A stretch of 64,000 nucleotides of DNA from Amoeboaphelidium protococcarum X5 (Eukaryota > Fungi > Aphelidiomycota). This document shows, piece by piece, positions 43,623-58,465 of the stretch. The stretch's first letter is position 1. Each line of letters opens with the position of its first letter. Under the pieces are notes generated by a model. That model made no database searches and was not told the DNA's origin. It saw only the letters and a list, made by a program, of their open reading frames with translations. A program made the position numbers and the translations under genes. Location of the stretch: assembly GCA_023515725.1 (NCBI GenBank), contig JALDTO010000158.1, positions 62,001 to 126,000 on the forward strand. The letters run 5' to 3'.

Positions 43623-44583
43623 TCTATCGTTTAAAATTGCGATTAAATAATATTTCTATTCTGTATAAAATAAATGCAGTAAACTAGCAGATTCAAGGAC
43701 AACTCTTCAATGTATTCCCAACAATAAACTGCGGTGGTAGTAGTGAGAGGTGCTGAGCAGTGCAGTACTATGGCGAGTGCAATCCAAAGAACAGACCAAG
43801 GTACAGGTTGGTGGATTATAAAGACGAAAGCCGAACTTGTTCCAGATTTGTATTTGTGCCGTAAAACTTGACGTTGTTTGACAAGTTTTCGAGCATAGGT
43901 TATTATTAAAAAAATATTCTTAAGAAAGAAGAAGAGGAAAAAAATACAAGAAAAGACAATCAATGCAAGACGATGAATGTGGGTTTTCCAAGCGGCGGGT
44001 AAAGCGAAAAGGTTGAAAATTCATCAAGAGCCGATCGGTCGCTAACCTTTTTTCTTTGTCCAATTTTATGATGAACAAGGCTTGATGAATTTGCGATGAC
44101 TCTTGAGATGACTGGTCCACCTGCTTGAATCACTTTCTTTGAATCTCTTTTCACTCTTTTGATACATTGCTCACGATTCTTACAATTTTTTTAAAAGGTA
44201 ATTCGTCATATAAATCTTGTATACTTTATAAAACATTAAAGTTCATATTTGGTTTGAATTCGCGTAGTAAGCAGCGCCGTAACATCATTGGCACTCATCC
44301 AAAACAACACGAAACAACTGGATGTGAAATAAATTACAGAATTCAATCATTTTAAACTTGGCATCAAAAGACTTAATAAAGTATTGGAGATCTTAATAAT
44401 CAAGAGCTATATTTGAACGCTCCGTTGCAGAAAGTACAAGGGCGCCTCCGAGTTTGGTGAAACAAACCGTTTCGTGTCTCGCTCAGCCATCCTTCCGTTC
44501 GAAGAAAAAGAGAACGCAAGAGCGAACAGTCCGGGCCCTTTAGCAAGCTTTTCCTTGTTTCCCCTTGTCGTTGACCCAAAGCT

Positions 44584-46926
44584 ATGCCAAGTCTGAAAGC
44601 GAATCCAGTTTTGTCTGGCGGCAACATCTAGTAAGAGCCAGCGATGGAGTAATAAATGCGGTAGAGAAAAGCTAATGCAGCGGGATTCTCTGCAGATGGC
44701 CAGTAGTAGTTGAGCGCTAATGAACTATTGGAGAACGAGTTATTGAATGACTATGATAATGGTGTTCCAGGTGGTAAAGGTGATAGCAAGAAGAAGTGGA
44801 AAGCTCAGTCTGTCGCTCAAACTCAAGATTGGTTGGACAACTTGTTGGATGGAGTGTTCAGATATGATGCCAAAACTTATGCCATGGTTCTCGCTCTTTC
44901 TATAGTATCCATTTTGACTAGAGTATGGTCCATTGGCAAGGCCACCTTTGTTGTTTGGGATGAAGCTCATTTCGGAAAGTTTGCCAGTCATTATCTGAAG
45001 CGTGAGTTCTATTTTGATGTTCATCCACCTCTAGGTAAGATGCTGGTTGGATTCGCTGGTCTTCTTGCCGGTTATAAGGGAGATTTTGACTTTGAGTCTG
45101 GTAAGCAGTACCCGGAAGGCCTCAACTACACCACTATGAGGGTGTTTCTGTCCATGTTTGGAGCTTTTATGGTCCCGCTGGCGTATTTGACGTGTCTTGA
45201 GTTTGGTTTAAGCAAGAGAGCTGCATTCATGGCTGCCATCATGGTCCTGTGTGATAATGCATACCTGGCCATAAGTCGTTACATCTTGCTAGACTCTATG
45301 CTATTATTCTTCACTGTCTACTCCTTCTACTGTCTCTCAGTCTTTTACAACTGTCGCAGACGTCCATTTACGGCTGAGTGGTGGTTCTGGCTGGCAGCCA
45401 CCGGGTCTGGAATCGGTATGGTGTCCAGCGTGAAATGGGTTGGCTTTTTCGTCACTGCTACTATAGGTTTGTATACCATTGAAGATTTATGGGATCTATT
45501 TGGTGACGTCAAGTGTTCGCCACGTCTGTTTATTAAGCATTTTACTGCGAGAGCGCTATGTCTCATTGCTCTCCCTATTGCCATTTATATGTTCTCATTC
45601 TGGGTTCATTTCAAGATTTTGGCGTATAGTGGACCTGGAGATGCACAGATGAGTAGTTTATTTTAGGCCAACTTGATTGGTAATACGTTGCATGAAAGTC
45701 CGCTCTATATCGCTTATGGATCCAAGGTGACTTTAAAGAATAATGGATATGGTGGCGGATTATTACATTCTCACGTACAGACATTTCCCCATGGATCTAA
45801 GCAGCAGTAGGTGACTTGTTATCATCATAAGGATGCGAATAACGACTGGATTATTAAGCGCATCAGAGGAGAACCGGCAGTTGAAGAGGACACTGAAATC
45901 CATTACCTCAAGGATGGTGATTTAGTACGCCTAATGCATGCCTAAACTGGTCGCAATCTGCATAGTCATGCGCACGCCGCTCCAATCTCCAAGTGGGCGT
46001 ATGAAGTGTCTGGTTATGGTAATGAGACTATTGGAGATGCAAATGATTACTGGAGAGTTGAGGTTGTTGACGATGTAAGAGGAGGTACTGGTGGTAAGAT
46101 TAGATCCCTCTCGACTAGATTGAGATTTAGACACAAGGTGCACAAGTGTCTGCTCAGATCTCACAATGTTAACCTGCCAGAGTGGGGCTTCAAACAGGCT
46201 GAAGTTGTATGTGACAAGTATAACAAGACGGACCTGTACAATATTTGGAATGTGGAAAGTCACTGGAACGACAAGATGGAGCCTGGTACCAAAGCTGAGT
46301 ACAAAACGTCGTTCATTAAGGATTTTATCCATTTGAATGTGGGAATGTACACATCTAATAATGCACTCACACCTGATCCTGACAAGGAACCTGATGGATT
46401 GACATCCTTACCATCCGAGTGGCCATGGTTAAACGTTGGCCTTCGTATGTGTGGTTGGGGTGATGATGTTCATAAAGTTCTTCTCTTGGGTAATCCAGCG
46501 ATCTGGTGGGGTGGTACTGCTAGTTTGATCTTTTATGGTGCACTCACCCTTTTCTATGCTCTGAGATGGAAGCGCGGATACAAGAATTGGAATCTTGCCG
46601 AGTATCAGAAGTATTTCACCGTGGGCAAGTACTTTGTTATTGGATGGGCTCTACACTATTTACCATTTATGATCATGGCCAGAGTGACGTACTTGCACCA
46701 CTACTTCCCGGCTCTGTACTTTAGCATTTTGTCACTGGCATTCATCACTGAGCACATTGCAGCCCGTCTGCCGCGTACCATTGGATGGGCATTGTGGGCA
46801 AGTGTTCTGGCAGCATCGGTGGTGACTTTCTACTATTTTGCACCTCTCTCTTTCGGCTTTGATGGTCCATCCAAGGTGTACAAGGATCGTATGTGGAGAA
46901 AGGGATGGAAGGTGACCGATATTTGA
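44584..46926 (+). CDS. PMT2: Dolichyl-phosphate-mannose protein O-mannosyltransferase, PMT2 subfamily
   Basis: VVWDEAHFGKF, FDVHPPLGKML, ILLDSMLLFF, SGPGDAQMSSLFQANL, MIR domains (QQQVTCYHHKDANNDW), RVTYLHHYFPALYF. Confidence 0.93.
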
Positions 46927-47088
46927 GAGGAGACTGACTGATTTATTGACAATTGTGTAAATGGAATCTTGTAAGGTTGATTAACTGATTAACATTTTGG
47001 ATACAAGTTGACAATCATCGATATTAATTTTAAAACTTTTTATATTTACACCTGATATATATTTATAAAGGGAGGGGGAGCAGTTAAA

Positions 47089-47607
47089 TCAGCCAACGAG
47101 AGATCCCAGACAGTTTTTGATGGCTGCGCGAGCAAATGGAATGTAGGAGGCAGAGTACCATATCAAGGCTATCCACTAAACAAATACCAGGACGAGACAA
47201 GCTCCAGCACCAGCCTAACCCAGAAAGAAGGCCAAGAACAGGGTGACAATCATGGCACCAAAGAAAATTAGACTGGCGATTAACCTCACCGGATCAAACA
47301 TGTTCTTGCACTGTCTCACCGGACCGATGAGGAAACCGGTACTGAAGAGCGACGACAGATTGCCAAATGTATACAAGATGGCGAAGGGAACCACATCACC
47401 AAAGAACAGAAATATACTACCCAGTATGCCGAGTATGAAGCCCACCGTGAAGCAGATGGCGAATCCATACAGTCGCTGGGTCCGGCTCAGCGAAAGCATA
47501 GCACAAGTCTCCTCGAGGCCCATTGCATTTCCACCCGCACCACCACCACCCGATCGAAGTCCACCCTCTTCATCCGTCTTGAAATAATTATTAAATATTG
47601 AGGCCAT
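47089..47607 (-). CDS. SFT2: Sft2/Got1-family vesicle transport protein (SFT2D-like)
   Basis: LSRTQRLYGFAICF, FAILYTFGN, FLIGPVRQCKNMFDPVRL, WYSASYIPFAR. Confidence 0.9.
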
Positions 47608-47843
47608 TATAGATATATATATATATATACAGACACACTTGCTATGAGTAAAAGTGTAGTATTAATTTAAAAATTTTAATACTAAAGACAATAGAAGAAG
47701 CGAAAAGGAAATGTAAACTTTCAAGTGAGAACTGTCTAAGCAGAATCTCTTTTTTACTAAAGATCATTGGTTAAAAGTTATTACAATCGCTATTATTGAG
47801 AATATCAATAAACTAATTTTAACTGAAGACAATTTATAGCTAG

Positions 47844-48587
47844 ATGCGTAAAAGAACTGTAATTAGTGACGAGGACAGTTCAGAAGATTATAGTGAACCG
47901 GAGGATGTTATTTCATTTACAAGTGATGGTGATGATACTGTTGAATAATAAAGTTCCTCTAATGATGAATAATCTGAAGGTACAGAGATTTTAGATTCTG
48001 AAAATGTTGATGATACAGAAGTAGAAGACAGTGATACGGATGTGGATAGTCAATTGAAAACTAAATTAAAAGGATAGAGAATGGAGGTTGATGACGATGA
48101 TGATGATGATGGAGGAGATGATGATGATGAGGCCGAGTTGGACACTGACACAATGCACGAATCTTCAGCCATGTCGCTGGATACTGCTAATGATACTGTG
48201 GATAGGAGCGGTGGTGGTGGTGCTGCAGCTGCTGCATAACTTGCCAGTCGATCCAGTAATAGAAAAGAGCATGACAGACAGCGTAGAATTAATAAACTGC
48301 TCATGGAAAAGCAGCAAGTTATTGACCGCCTTCTACACAAGAGTATTGTCAAGAGGGGAACAGCTACTACTACTTCTAATAATAATAGTAATAATAATAC
48401 TACTGCATAGAAATAGCGATAGTCTGCTCTTTAAAATAGAGATTCTACACTGGCATAAAATGATGATGATAGTTTAGTTGAATCTTCTTAGTAGTACTTG
48501 GGCAATCAGATCATTTACAAGTCCACCAAGAAGGAGAACATTTTGATCATGCCAGAAGAAATGTATCGCATCTATGTGCCATAATGA
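47844..48587 (+). CDS. Acidic protein, probable INO80 subunit B/Ies2 (PAPA-1-like)
   Basis: Asp/Glu-rich N-half, then charged helix RKEHDRQRR..LLMEKQQVIDRLLHK and C-terminal IIYKSTKKENILIMP, which fits the PAPA-1 layout. Divergent. Confidence 0.5.
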
Positions 48588-48669
48588 AAATAAAGATTTT
48601 GAATACAATTTATTAATAGGTGAATAAATTATTACAATTTAGTGATTATTGTATTCTAAACGACATGTA

Positions 48670-49080
48670 TCATTTCTCCGCAGTCTGAGTAGCATCCACT
48701 TTGAGACTGAGTATAGACTTGTTGTATACATTGTATAGAGTCTGGGGGTAGAATATAGCAGTGGTGAGTGCAGCAAATGCTAGAGGATACACAAATCTGA
48801 CACCCTGATACTTGCCCAGAATAGAACCAGCAAGCACGGAGCCAACAACATACTTGCTATTACCCAGAGACTCATCGCGATGGTGTACACTCTTCAAATA
48901 CCTAACACTCTACTACTCAAATCCAATCCACCGATTCACCAGAGACTTGCTGCCATCCAGTACATACTCCACACTATTAGTCACGTTCTCATGTACAAAT
49001 CGAACCTCCTCCTCCAACGGCACCACCTCATCCACAACTTTATACTTTTACTCCAACTCTTACTTGCTTCTCCTATACAT
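48670..49080 (-). CDS. MIC26: MICOS subunit Mic26/ApoO family
   Basis: PLEEEVR, VNRWIGFE, YVVGSVLAGSILGK...RFVYPL...FYPQT. Confidence 0.72.
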
Positions 49081-49507
49081 ATTCTCTTTAATTAATCGCT
49101 TTTTAGGTAAATAGTTTTAATAAACTAGCGCGTATGAAGAGAATAATCAATAATCAACAGAAGTTGCAATATTCGACAGAAGTACCGTAGTTGCAATGAA
49201 ATCAGCCAGACAGAGACAGGAAGGAAGAAAGGAAAGATAGAGAGTGACAGACAGACAGACGCGTAGAGAGAGAAAGAGAGTGAGAGAAACGAAGAAGATC
49301 GCGCGTCCTCAGTCATAGAGAACCTCAAGAACGAATGACAATTCAAGCGACTGAAAACTTTAATTCTCTTTTTCCTGAAATGAACTCGACACTTTTTATT
49401 CGTTTCACTTGATTTCTTTTTCTTTGAAGAAGTAATTCTTCCTAAAGATACTGTAGATTAAAGTTTGTATCTGAGATATACTAATCCTGGGTGAGTGAGA
49501 GCTGGAG

Positions 49508-50968
49508 ATGAAAGACTTTGTGGGTTTCAAGTATCTGTAGTTGTATAGGAATATGTTCAGTGGAGATGCAAGTATTCTGAGTGCAATTTATACTATTATT
49601 GGTAGTCTTGTACTGGATAAGCTGGTGATATCCGTAGCATTATCCCTGATATTTAAACAATTTTATTGGCTGTTTGCTTATATGTTTCTTGTCCACGCAC
49701 TTCTTCGAATATTGCCGTATCCCTCTTACTTGTTCTGGTTTGCTTATTGCACTGGTATGATTTGTGCTTTTTATATTCGTTCCGCTGACATGACGCTGTG
49801 TTTACTTTTGTCGTCTCTGAATCTGATTTACAATTCCTATGCTCCACTTTAGAGTATGCGACTATTCAATAGATTACGGTAAAGTATAATGATTGCTCTG
49901 ATGGCTTGCGCGATATATCTGCCCATTAGCGTTTTAATGGCTGGCGTTCTGAAGACAGTTATTGCTATGCCCAAAGTATTATATAGTTCTATGATATGTC
50001 AGTTCTGGATATCTATTGTCAATTATGTCAATTGTCTATATGTTCCTGTTGTTGAGGCTCTGAAATCTTAATTTCTCCCAATGAAGATGCTTGTATCCTT
50101 TGTGGATCACAACAGAGAGTTGTGGAATACTTTACTGCTGCAGAATGTTCTATCTCTCACTAATAACCGCATTCTCAATGATCGAAAGTCTCGTTATGAA
50201 TTATATGCTGACTCTATAGTTTATAACAGGCTCTGCTCATCGCTAATGCAGTACATCAAGGCGGTGTATGAGAAGCCATCAAAATCAAATAAAGTGTAAT
50301 AAGCAGAAGAGAATGGTGACCATATGGCTGGGACTGCTGCATCCACTTTATAGGATAGCTCTTAAAGTAGCATAAAGTAGCCTGTGGTAAAGCACAGAGT
50401 TAGAGGAGCACTGGGGATGATGACGCCCGTCAAGATTTAATCTTTTGAAGGATTCCCTGCTTAGAAATTGCCTTTATAAAAGCATCAAGTTAAAGTTCCT
50501 AAAGTGTTGTAAATCAAACCATAGTTGTAAGACTTGGTTCATCAAGACTAAAAGACGAAAGTAACTCAATATAATAATGCTAAATCATCACACGAAATTG
50601 TTCAAGATGGTGACTTGTCCTCATTCTCTGCAAAGAAAACTGTCTGGGATGCCGTTTGGATGAAGGATGATCAAAGTATGAAAGTGCTTAGTATCGTACT
50701 CAATATTTTAGTGAGTCTTCAAGTATGGGCTAATAAAGAAGATCCTCAAGGAATTATTGCTAATGATCTTTATATGATTATGGACACTCTTGGTAAGTTG
50801 GATAGTCACTTTAAATAGACTGAGAACTCGAATGGCGGTAATCACTAAACTTGGACTCATAAGAAGTAATAGTAAAAGAAAATCTCCCTATAGCTAGCAT
50901 AATGTATAGAGTAGTTGAGTCGCATTGATAATCCAGCGTACAAACGAGTCAACCAATTTGAAGAATGA
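49508..50968 (+). CDS. Hypothetical protein (~486 aa): multi-TM N-terminal half, Gln-rich soluble C-terminal half
   Basis: ORF-track fragments 49541, 49889, 50081 and 50615 are in one frame and end at TAA/TAG; TGA at 50966-50968. No recognised motif. Confidence 0.65.
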
Positions 50969-50996
50969 ATGACCAGGTATATAGATTATAATGTCA

Positions 50997-51980
50997 TCAT
51001 TCATTACTAGTTATTTAATTATTCTGTAACATTATAGGCTTCCTCCACTTGCATTAAATCCACATTCTGTACATTTATAGCTTCTTTTATCTATTCACCA
51101 AGAGCCTGGAGTCTAATTTACTCTATAAACTTTCGAATCCAACAGATTTGGCCATTGCGTCAATACTCTACTGATCGAAAAAGTGCACCATCGTGCTATC
51201 TCCGCGAATATACGTGCCATCTTCAATGTACCTATTCTTCTTAAATCTAATCTATGTCATATCATACTTGGCGTAGTCTCTAAATAGAATCACACCTCCT
51301 GGTTTGAGTAATTTGTACAGATTACCAAGAGTCTTTTCATGCAAGTCACTAGGAATTGCAGATAGACAGAATATAAGTAGAATATAAGACAGAGATCCAG
51401 GAGCGATAATACCACCATCTAAATCTTTAGTGATATCATGTTAAAATACGCGACAAAGACTCAACTGATCCGCGTTATCCCTAAGCATAACGTCCACAGC
51501 ACTTTATGCAAAATCACATCCATAAAGCTTGACGTGTTACAGCTACTCTGTGGAATCTAATGCGGAGTAATACTCATTAAGAATCGCTAGTGAATTACCC
51601 ACACCACAGCCAGCTTCTAGAATACAAAGATCTTAATCTTATTAATTTAAAGCAGATAAATCATCAGCGGACTTGAATAATTCAGGGAATTCAACGTGAA
51701 GCCACTTGCGATTCTTGAAAAACTTGTCATTGTGAACGCGATAGAATTAATCCCAATTCTGTTAAGCTTCCTCTTCAATGCGTGATCTCTAATCAGCACT
51801 CAATTGCGTCTCTCTCTACCGCTCAATAACTTGATCCATACTCTGCTTCATCTCATCGCTCACCTGTACATTGTCCCATGCATTATGCTCATACACCAAA
51901 TTGGGATCAGTCAAATATCGCGTCCCAAATTATTAATTTTACTACATCTCTTCTTATTATTATTCGCCTTCAATGACCAT
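50997..51980 (-). CDS. TRM140: tRNA N3-methylcytidine (m3C32) methyltransferase METTL2/Trm140
   Basis: FGTRYLTDPNLVYEHNAWDNV, FFKNRKWLHVEFPEL, LEAGCGVGN, LKPGGVILFRDYAKYD, YVRGDSTMVHFF, MYRMWIQCKW. Confidence 0.92.
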
Positions 51981-52506
51981 GATTTTGTATTTTTTCCCCG
52001 TTTTTTCTATGAAGACGTGAAAAAGAGTTCTAAGCTGTGTGATTTACTACTATTAGAATCTTAAAGAACAATCCATACACATTCGCAATATTTATGGATG
52101 ATATGAAGTATTTTGAAGTAAGCAAAAGTCTATAATGTATAGTATATGAGTCTATTCTCGAAATTGATTGACCCAAACTTTAGTTCACGGTGAGTGCGTC
52201 AACATTATCAAATGGCATACAGGTCGAAACATTGTTGTTACTCGTGTTGCCTTAAAGTGCGCGCGCTCGTTTTCCTTTCGTCCTTTCTTCGGTCACTCTC
52301 ACCTTCTCTCTCTCTCTTTCTCTTGTGTCTCGCCGCTCCTGTCCTCCCCTCTTTCTCTTGTTGTTCACATTCACTGTTCGTATTCTTTTAAACCACTGTA
52401 ATTGTGGACTTGTTCATTGTGGTGTATTGTGTTCTTTTAAGTGGCGATAACTAATTTACTCCTGATTGTCAATAAGAATTTAACAAGTCTATTACTATTG
52501 AAGAAG

Positions 52507-55500
52507 ATGAATGGCGAAGAGATGGAATATTTGAAGGCGTTGGCTGTGAAGAAGGAGTATGCGTAGCTTACGAAGGTGGGTAATGTTGTGGCGGCAGATG
52601 CTTTGTATCAAAAGTATGAGCGTCTGTTGAAGAGTTCATCCGCTCCATTCACTTTCGATAACTCCCAAATGGTTATGCATCTCAAGAACTGCCCCGGTCT
52701 GAGATAAGAGTAGCAATTTCGCAACTCATTGGATCAGGCCGCTATCAAGAAATCATATGTTCTGCTGGAGGTGGCGTATGGTGTCATTTATATGGCTAGA
52801 AGTTCGAGTGATCCTCTGCCGGCTACTTCTCTTTGGGTGTCCAATGCATCGTAGTCTGTGGATAAGTTGGCATAGGCTATTCGCTGGGACTTGGAATGCT
52901 TTGTGAAGGTGGTACGTGACCGCTTTGGCAGCATCAATTGGGATGATGTTATTGCCTTGCTGGACGTTCCAGAGTTCCAAGTATCAGATTTACGTGCTTT
53001 TGAGGTTATTGTTCAGGTTTATTCTTATGCCGTTGGTCCCGCTTAGCCTTTCCCTTTCCGCTTGTTCTGTGAGATGAAGTGGTTGAATATGAAGGGGTAG
53101 ACATCGTTCTTGCGTATGGCTACTCAAGCGCCCAAGTCTCTATTTGATGTGGTAAAGTTGAGCGAGAATCCAGTTCTGGACAATAAAGATTTGGATGCGG
53201 TGCCTGCTGCGACGAAGAACATTGTCTCGTCATGGTTAACCTAGCCGTGGAATAGTCTTGACTTGATCACAATTCTGATGAACTTGGCATGCGCGGAGGT
53301 TACGGATGACGCTAAATAGCTGTTGGATGTTGCGTCTCGTCAGTCTACAGAGTTGGTTGTTATTGGCCTGGTCAAGATCAAGTAAGATTGGCATCCATTG
53401 CATTTGGAGGTTGTTAAGAAACTGGTGTCCATCTTTATAATTGGCCACTCTAGTTCAGCCTTTGTGTTGAATGTTGTTTGGAATCTCAAGCCATAATTGG
53501 TGGTTGATCTGATGGTCGACTTGTACACTCAGGATTCAATGATTCTGTCTCGCGTGTTGGATATCGTGTAAGAGATCAAGGCACTCCCTTAGTTGTTGGA
53601 AGTCGTGTAGGCCGATAATGTGCAGCCAGGTAGAATTTAGTTCAAGATTGAGTTGGCGATAATGGCTAGTCGTCGTGAGTATTTGAATCTTGAAAAGTGG
53701 GTAGTGAGTTAGGCAAAATCTCCTGCAGGTCAAGTCTTTGTGCAGTAGCTATTGAAGGTGCTGAAGTAAAAGTTGGAATCCGCTTCCACCGCCTAGTAGA
53801 AGGATAGTAGTATATCTGCATTGAGTGAAGATATTTGTGTGCACCTGTTCACCGCTCTTGAGTAGTTGGACTTGAAGGATGATAAGGGTGCTAGTGCTGT
53901 TGGGTAACTTTATAAGGAAGTGAAAGCACATGCGGTCAAAGTTTATCCTAAATTGAGCGAATTGGTTGGTGCGTCTGTTGTTGATCAGTCTTCATTTTCT
54001 CCTGATGTTGAAGAGAAGGCAAATCAGTATTATGAAAAGATTTATGGAGAGTCCATGTCTATCAATGCCGTTATTGATCTTCTGTCTGGCTTCAAGTCCT
54101 CAGCAGTTGAAAAAGAGAAGCAGATATTTGATTGCATGATCCATAACCTCTTTGATGAGTATCGCTTCTTTCCAAAGTATCCTGATAAAGAATTGCTGAT
54201 TACTGCTGAACTTTTGGGAAAGTTGGTGAATAAGCAGCTGCTGAGTCCTAATCGTTTGGGTCTTGCGTTGAGATATGTTCTGGAATCTCTTCGCAGACCT
54301 GCTGGGTCAAAGATGTTCAAGTTTGCAGTTTGTGCTCTGCGCCAATATCAAAGTAGATTGGGTGAATGGCCTTAGTATTGTAATCATTTGTTGTAGATTT
54401 CTACGTTTGTCGACTCGTGCCCAGATTTGGCGCAAGCTATCAAGGTGGCTCTGAGCAAACCGCCTGTCCAGCAGCAGGAAGTCAAAAAGCCAAAGACTAG
54501 TGGTAGTTAAGAGTCTTTACTCAAGTCTGCAGATTCTTTGAATGCTCCGGATTAGGCTACTCAAGAGAAAATTCTGTTTGTGGTAAATAATCTATCGATT
54601 GACAATATGGATGAAAAGTCTAAGGATTTACGCTAGTTGTTGTCAGAAGAGATTTATAGTTGGTTCATTAATTATCTGATTGTCAAGCGCGTCAGTACTG
54701 AACCCAACTTTCATCCTTTGTACTGGCAGGTTGTAGATAATCTAAAGTCTCCTCAGTTGAGTAAGAGAGTACTGGATGAGACTTACGCTAACATCAAAGT
54801 ACTGCTGAATTCCCAGAAGACTGTCACTTCCTCTCAGGAGAGAACTTTGCTCAAGAATTTAGGATCATGGTTAGGAATGGTGACTATTGCAAAGAATAAG
54901 CCCATTCTGTCCACTTAACTGAACTTGAAGGAGCTTATCTTGTCTGGCTATAAGTCACAGAGACTTATTGTGACTATACCATTTGTCTGCAAAGTACTGG
55001 AGCATTGCAAGAACAGCAGAGTGTATGTGCCACCTAATCCATGGCTGATGTCGATTTTGAGATTGTTGGTAGAGCTGTATAATAATGCAGACTTGAAGTT
55101 AAATCTGAAGTTTGAGATTGAGGTTCTTTGCAAGTCTGTGGATGTTGAGTTGAAAGATATTGAACCGAGTTCCGTGCTGTTTCCACCTGGTAGCAGACCA
55201 TTGTCGTATGCAGATTCTGCCAACATTGGATTCGATTAGTTATCTATCCAAGACAACATGTCTGCAGTGTCTTCCAACTTTATCGCCCCCGGTACTTAGC
55301 TGACATGTCCCGTTGTTGTGTATGATGATCACGGTAATGTATCTATTCCCGATCTTGCTCAGTACGTGTCGTTTAGTGGCAATGCACCGCTCTTTAATGC
55401 CCATCCTGCATTGAAGAAGCTTGTCGTATCTGCTGTTGATCGTGCCATTAAAGAAGTTCTGGTGCCAGTTGTGGAGAGATCAGTGTCAATCGCAGTGATT

Positions 55501-58383
55501 GCAACTCGTGATTTAATTACGAAAGACTTTGCCAGTGAAGGAAATGAGGATAGGTTGAAGAGGGCCGCAGTGCTTATGGTCCAGAACTTGAGTGGAAATT
55601 TGGCTCTAGTCACCTGCAAAGATCCTTTCATGAAGTGCTTGAATTAGAACCTGCGCTCTGCTTTGTAACAGAGTGGAATTGGCGATCCGATGATTGATAT
55701 GATTTTGGCTTCTATCACACCGGAGAATGGTGAGTTGGGATGTCAGATTATACAGAAGGCCTCAATGGATAAATCTATTCCTAGCATTTTGGAGTCTCTC
55801 AATCTCGCTTTTCTGGCCAGACGTCGTCAGAGAGAGCGTGGTATGCCTTGGTCGGAGCTGCCGTAGAATATACCGGCTAAATTTATTGGGCTATCCGCTG
55901 CACCTCCATAGAATGCCCAAAATGTTTATGAAAGTTTTGCAAGCAACGGTTCTATTCAAGTACCGCCTGCTCTAAGCGGTGTATAGTCTGCGTAGGTTGT
56001 TTCGTCTATGTAGTAATAATAGTAGCAGCAACCACAGACTGGCGGTGTCGTACCAATGATGAGTAATCCTGTACCTAGTGACCTGATTGAAGATTTACCC
56101 TCTGCTAATCCGCTGCAACAGATTATGGACAAGATTTCGGCCCTCCTGGATGAATTGGATAAAATTGTGAAATAGAATGCTAATGTATCTCTATCAAGCT
56201 TGCCATCAGATCATGAGATTATCACGCTGGTGAGATAGATTAACGTTGCAGCTTCACAGTTTTTTGTTCGCGATGAGTTGGCGCTGTGGTTTAGTTAGAA
56301 ACTGGTGTCGCTTTTATTCAAGACTGAGATTGTGCTGGGAATAGAAATCTATATTGTGCTGTTGGAGAGAATATGTGAATTGAGCCGTACAGTTGCTACC
56401 GAATTTACAACTTGGTTGTTCTTTTCGGAGGAGGAAATCAAGTTGAAGGTTCCTATTAATATTGCTCTTATTCAGTCTGGATTGTTGAATATATTAGAGT
56501 ATGATGGTGTCATTGCAAAGTTCATTCTGAGTAAAGAAGCATCAAAGATAAGCTTTGCCATTCGTTTGATTCATCAGTGTCTATTCACCAATCCTCCGAT
56601 TGTTACTCATGCTGAATTCTATACATCTCTGGTTGCACTGGCTCAAGTGACTCAAGCTGGTGGTGATTCTATTCAGTTGGATGGGGATACGCGTCTCATG
56701 CTAGACGAGATTAAACTGAAGGCGTAGAGCATATTCTACATTCAGTCTGATGAGTATCTGGAGAGAAAGGTGAGGTTTGTCGAAGTCTTTTAGAAATGGA
56801 ATATGGTCTCTGAATCTGGTTCTTAAAATTGGAATTAATTGCCTAAGGACTTTAGATCTTCTTTGGAGCAGTTGAATGTCTTGAGAGATGATAATGAATT
56901 TTTGTCGATGCTGCGTACCTGTGTGGAGTATTCAGTTCAGTAGTTCAATCAGTTCTCTGAAGTATAAGGAGTTGGTCATGTATACCTTTCAAAGATGGAT
57001 CTGGTGGCAAAGTTTATCTTCTTTGTGTTGAGACATTACAGTGCTGCTGCCACTGTGGTGTAGGAAGAGGTGATGTTCTCCAAGACTATTGCCACTGTGG
57101 TGATGGTTCTTGTCAATGACTATTAGCTGCATTCGAAATCTTTTAATCAGAAGCCATACTTTAGACTGTTTGCTTCTGTTATGAATTTGCTGCACCACTA
57201 GCATTTCAGTGACAAGTTGAGTGTAATTAAGTGCCTCACTATCATAAGTAATGCGTTACATACTCTGAATCCGTCTAGAATTGCTTCCTTTGCCTTTGCT
57301 TGGCTAGAACTTGTATCTCATCGCCAATTTATGCCGTTCATGCTGGAGGAAGATTCGTCGCAGTAAGAATCTCAGTAGTAGATCTAGAATAGTGGTTGGT
57401 AGTCATACTTTGTACTGTTAATGGATCTCTTCCAGTTTCTGTCCCCATTCTTGAGACATGCAGAAATGACTGATCCAATACGATTGCTGTACAAAGGATC
57501 GCTAAGGATTCTGCTGGTGTTGCTGCATGATGTGCCAGAGTTTCTGTGCTAATACTTTTTCCAGTTCTGTAATGTGATCCCTCCGTCATGTATCCAGTTG
57601 AGGAATCTGATACTGAGTGCGTTCCCTCGCAGCATGTTATTGCCAGATCCATTTACTCCTAATTTGAAGATTGAAGCGTTGCCTGAGATTTAGATTCAAC
57701 CTCCGCTAGCAGTGGATCATGATGTTTAATTACGCGAGAAGTAGTTGCTTGAACCGATCAATTCCTATCTGAGTGGAAGCGGATCTGCTGAAGAGTTTGC
57801 CAAGTCGGTGAAGTAGCGTCTAGTGCTCTCTTCTTAGGAGGTGTTTTTGCATGGAACAAACTATAACATACAGCTTATCAATGCTGTCGTGTATCATGTT
57901 GGAGTCGATGCTATCCTATCTCAGGCGTCCAGTGTTGAGAAGAAGTACTCGGCCAAGAGTTTGAACTTTCAATTGATGAAGGCTCTTGTTCTGGATATTG
58001 ATACTGAAGGAAGATACCATGTGTTGAATGCTATTGCGAATCAGTTGAGATATCCAAATGCGCACACTTACTACTTTAGTGTCTTGTTGTTGACTCTCTT
58101 CCATGAATCTGCCAGCGATATCGTGAAAGAGTAGATCACGAGAGTTCTCTTGGAAAGATTGATTGTGAATCGTCCTCATCCTTGGGGAATACTGATCACA
58201 TTCATTGAGCTGTTGAAGAATTAAAAGTACAACTTTTGGAGTCATGCTTTTACGCGCTGTGCACCTGATATTGAAAGACTGTTCGAGTCTGTGGCAAGAA
58301 GTTGTATGCTGCCTCATGCTGGTAGTGGTCGTGATTTGAACAATAATGCGGCTGCATCTGGTGATGGGAATGTGAACAAATGA
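52507..58383 (+). CDS. NOT1: CCR4-NOT complex scaffold Not1 (~1958 aa)
   Basis: [109 protein letters not shown]. Confidence 0.95.
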
Positions 58384-58465
58384 ATGCGAGTTGCTTTGAA
58401 ATGAAAAAAATATCTTTATTAAAACTAGTGCATTTTATAATACATTGCAATAAATCAACAACTTT

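Noticed and set aside
43623-44583. Regulatory uORF upstream of PRL (as in Mg-responsive animal PRL mRNAs)
   Set aside because: The TSS is unknown and I could not identify a convincing ATG-initiated conserved uORF.
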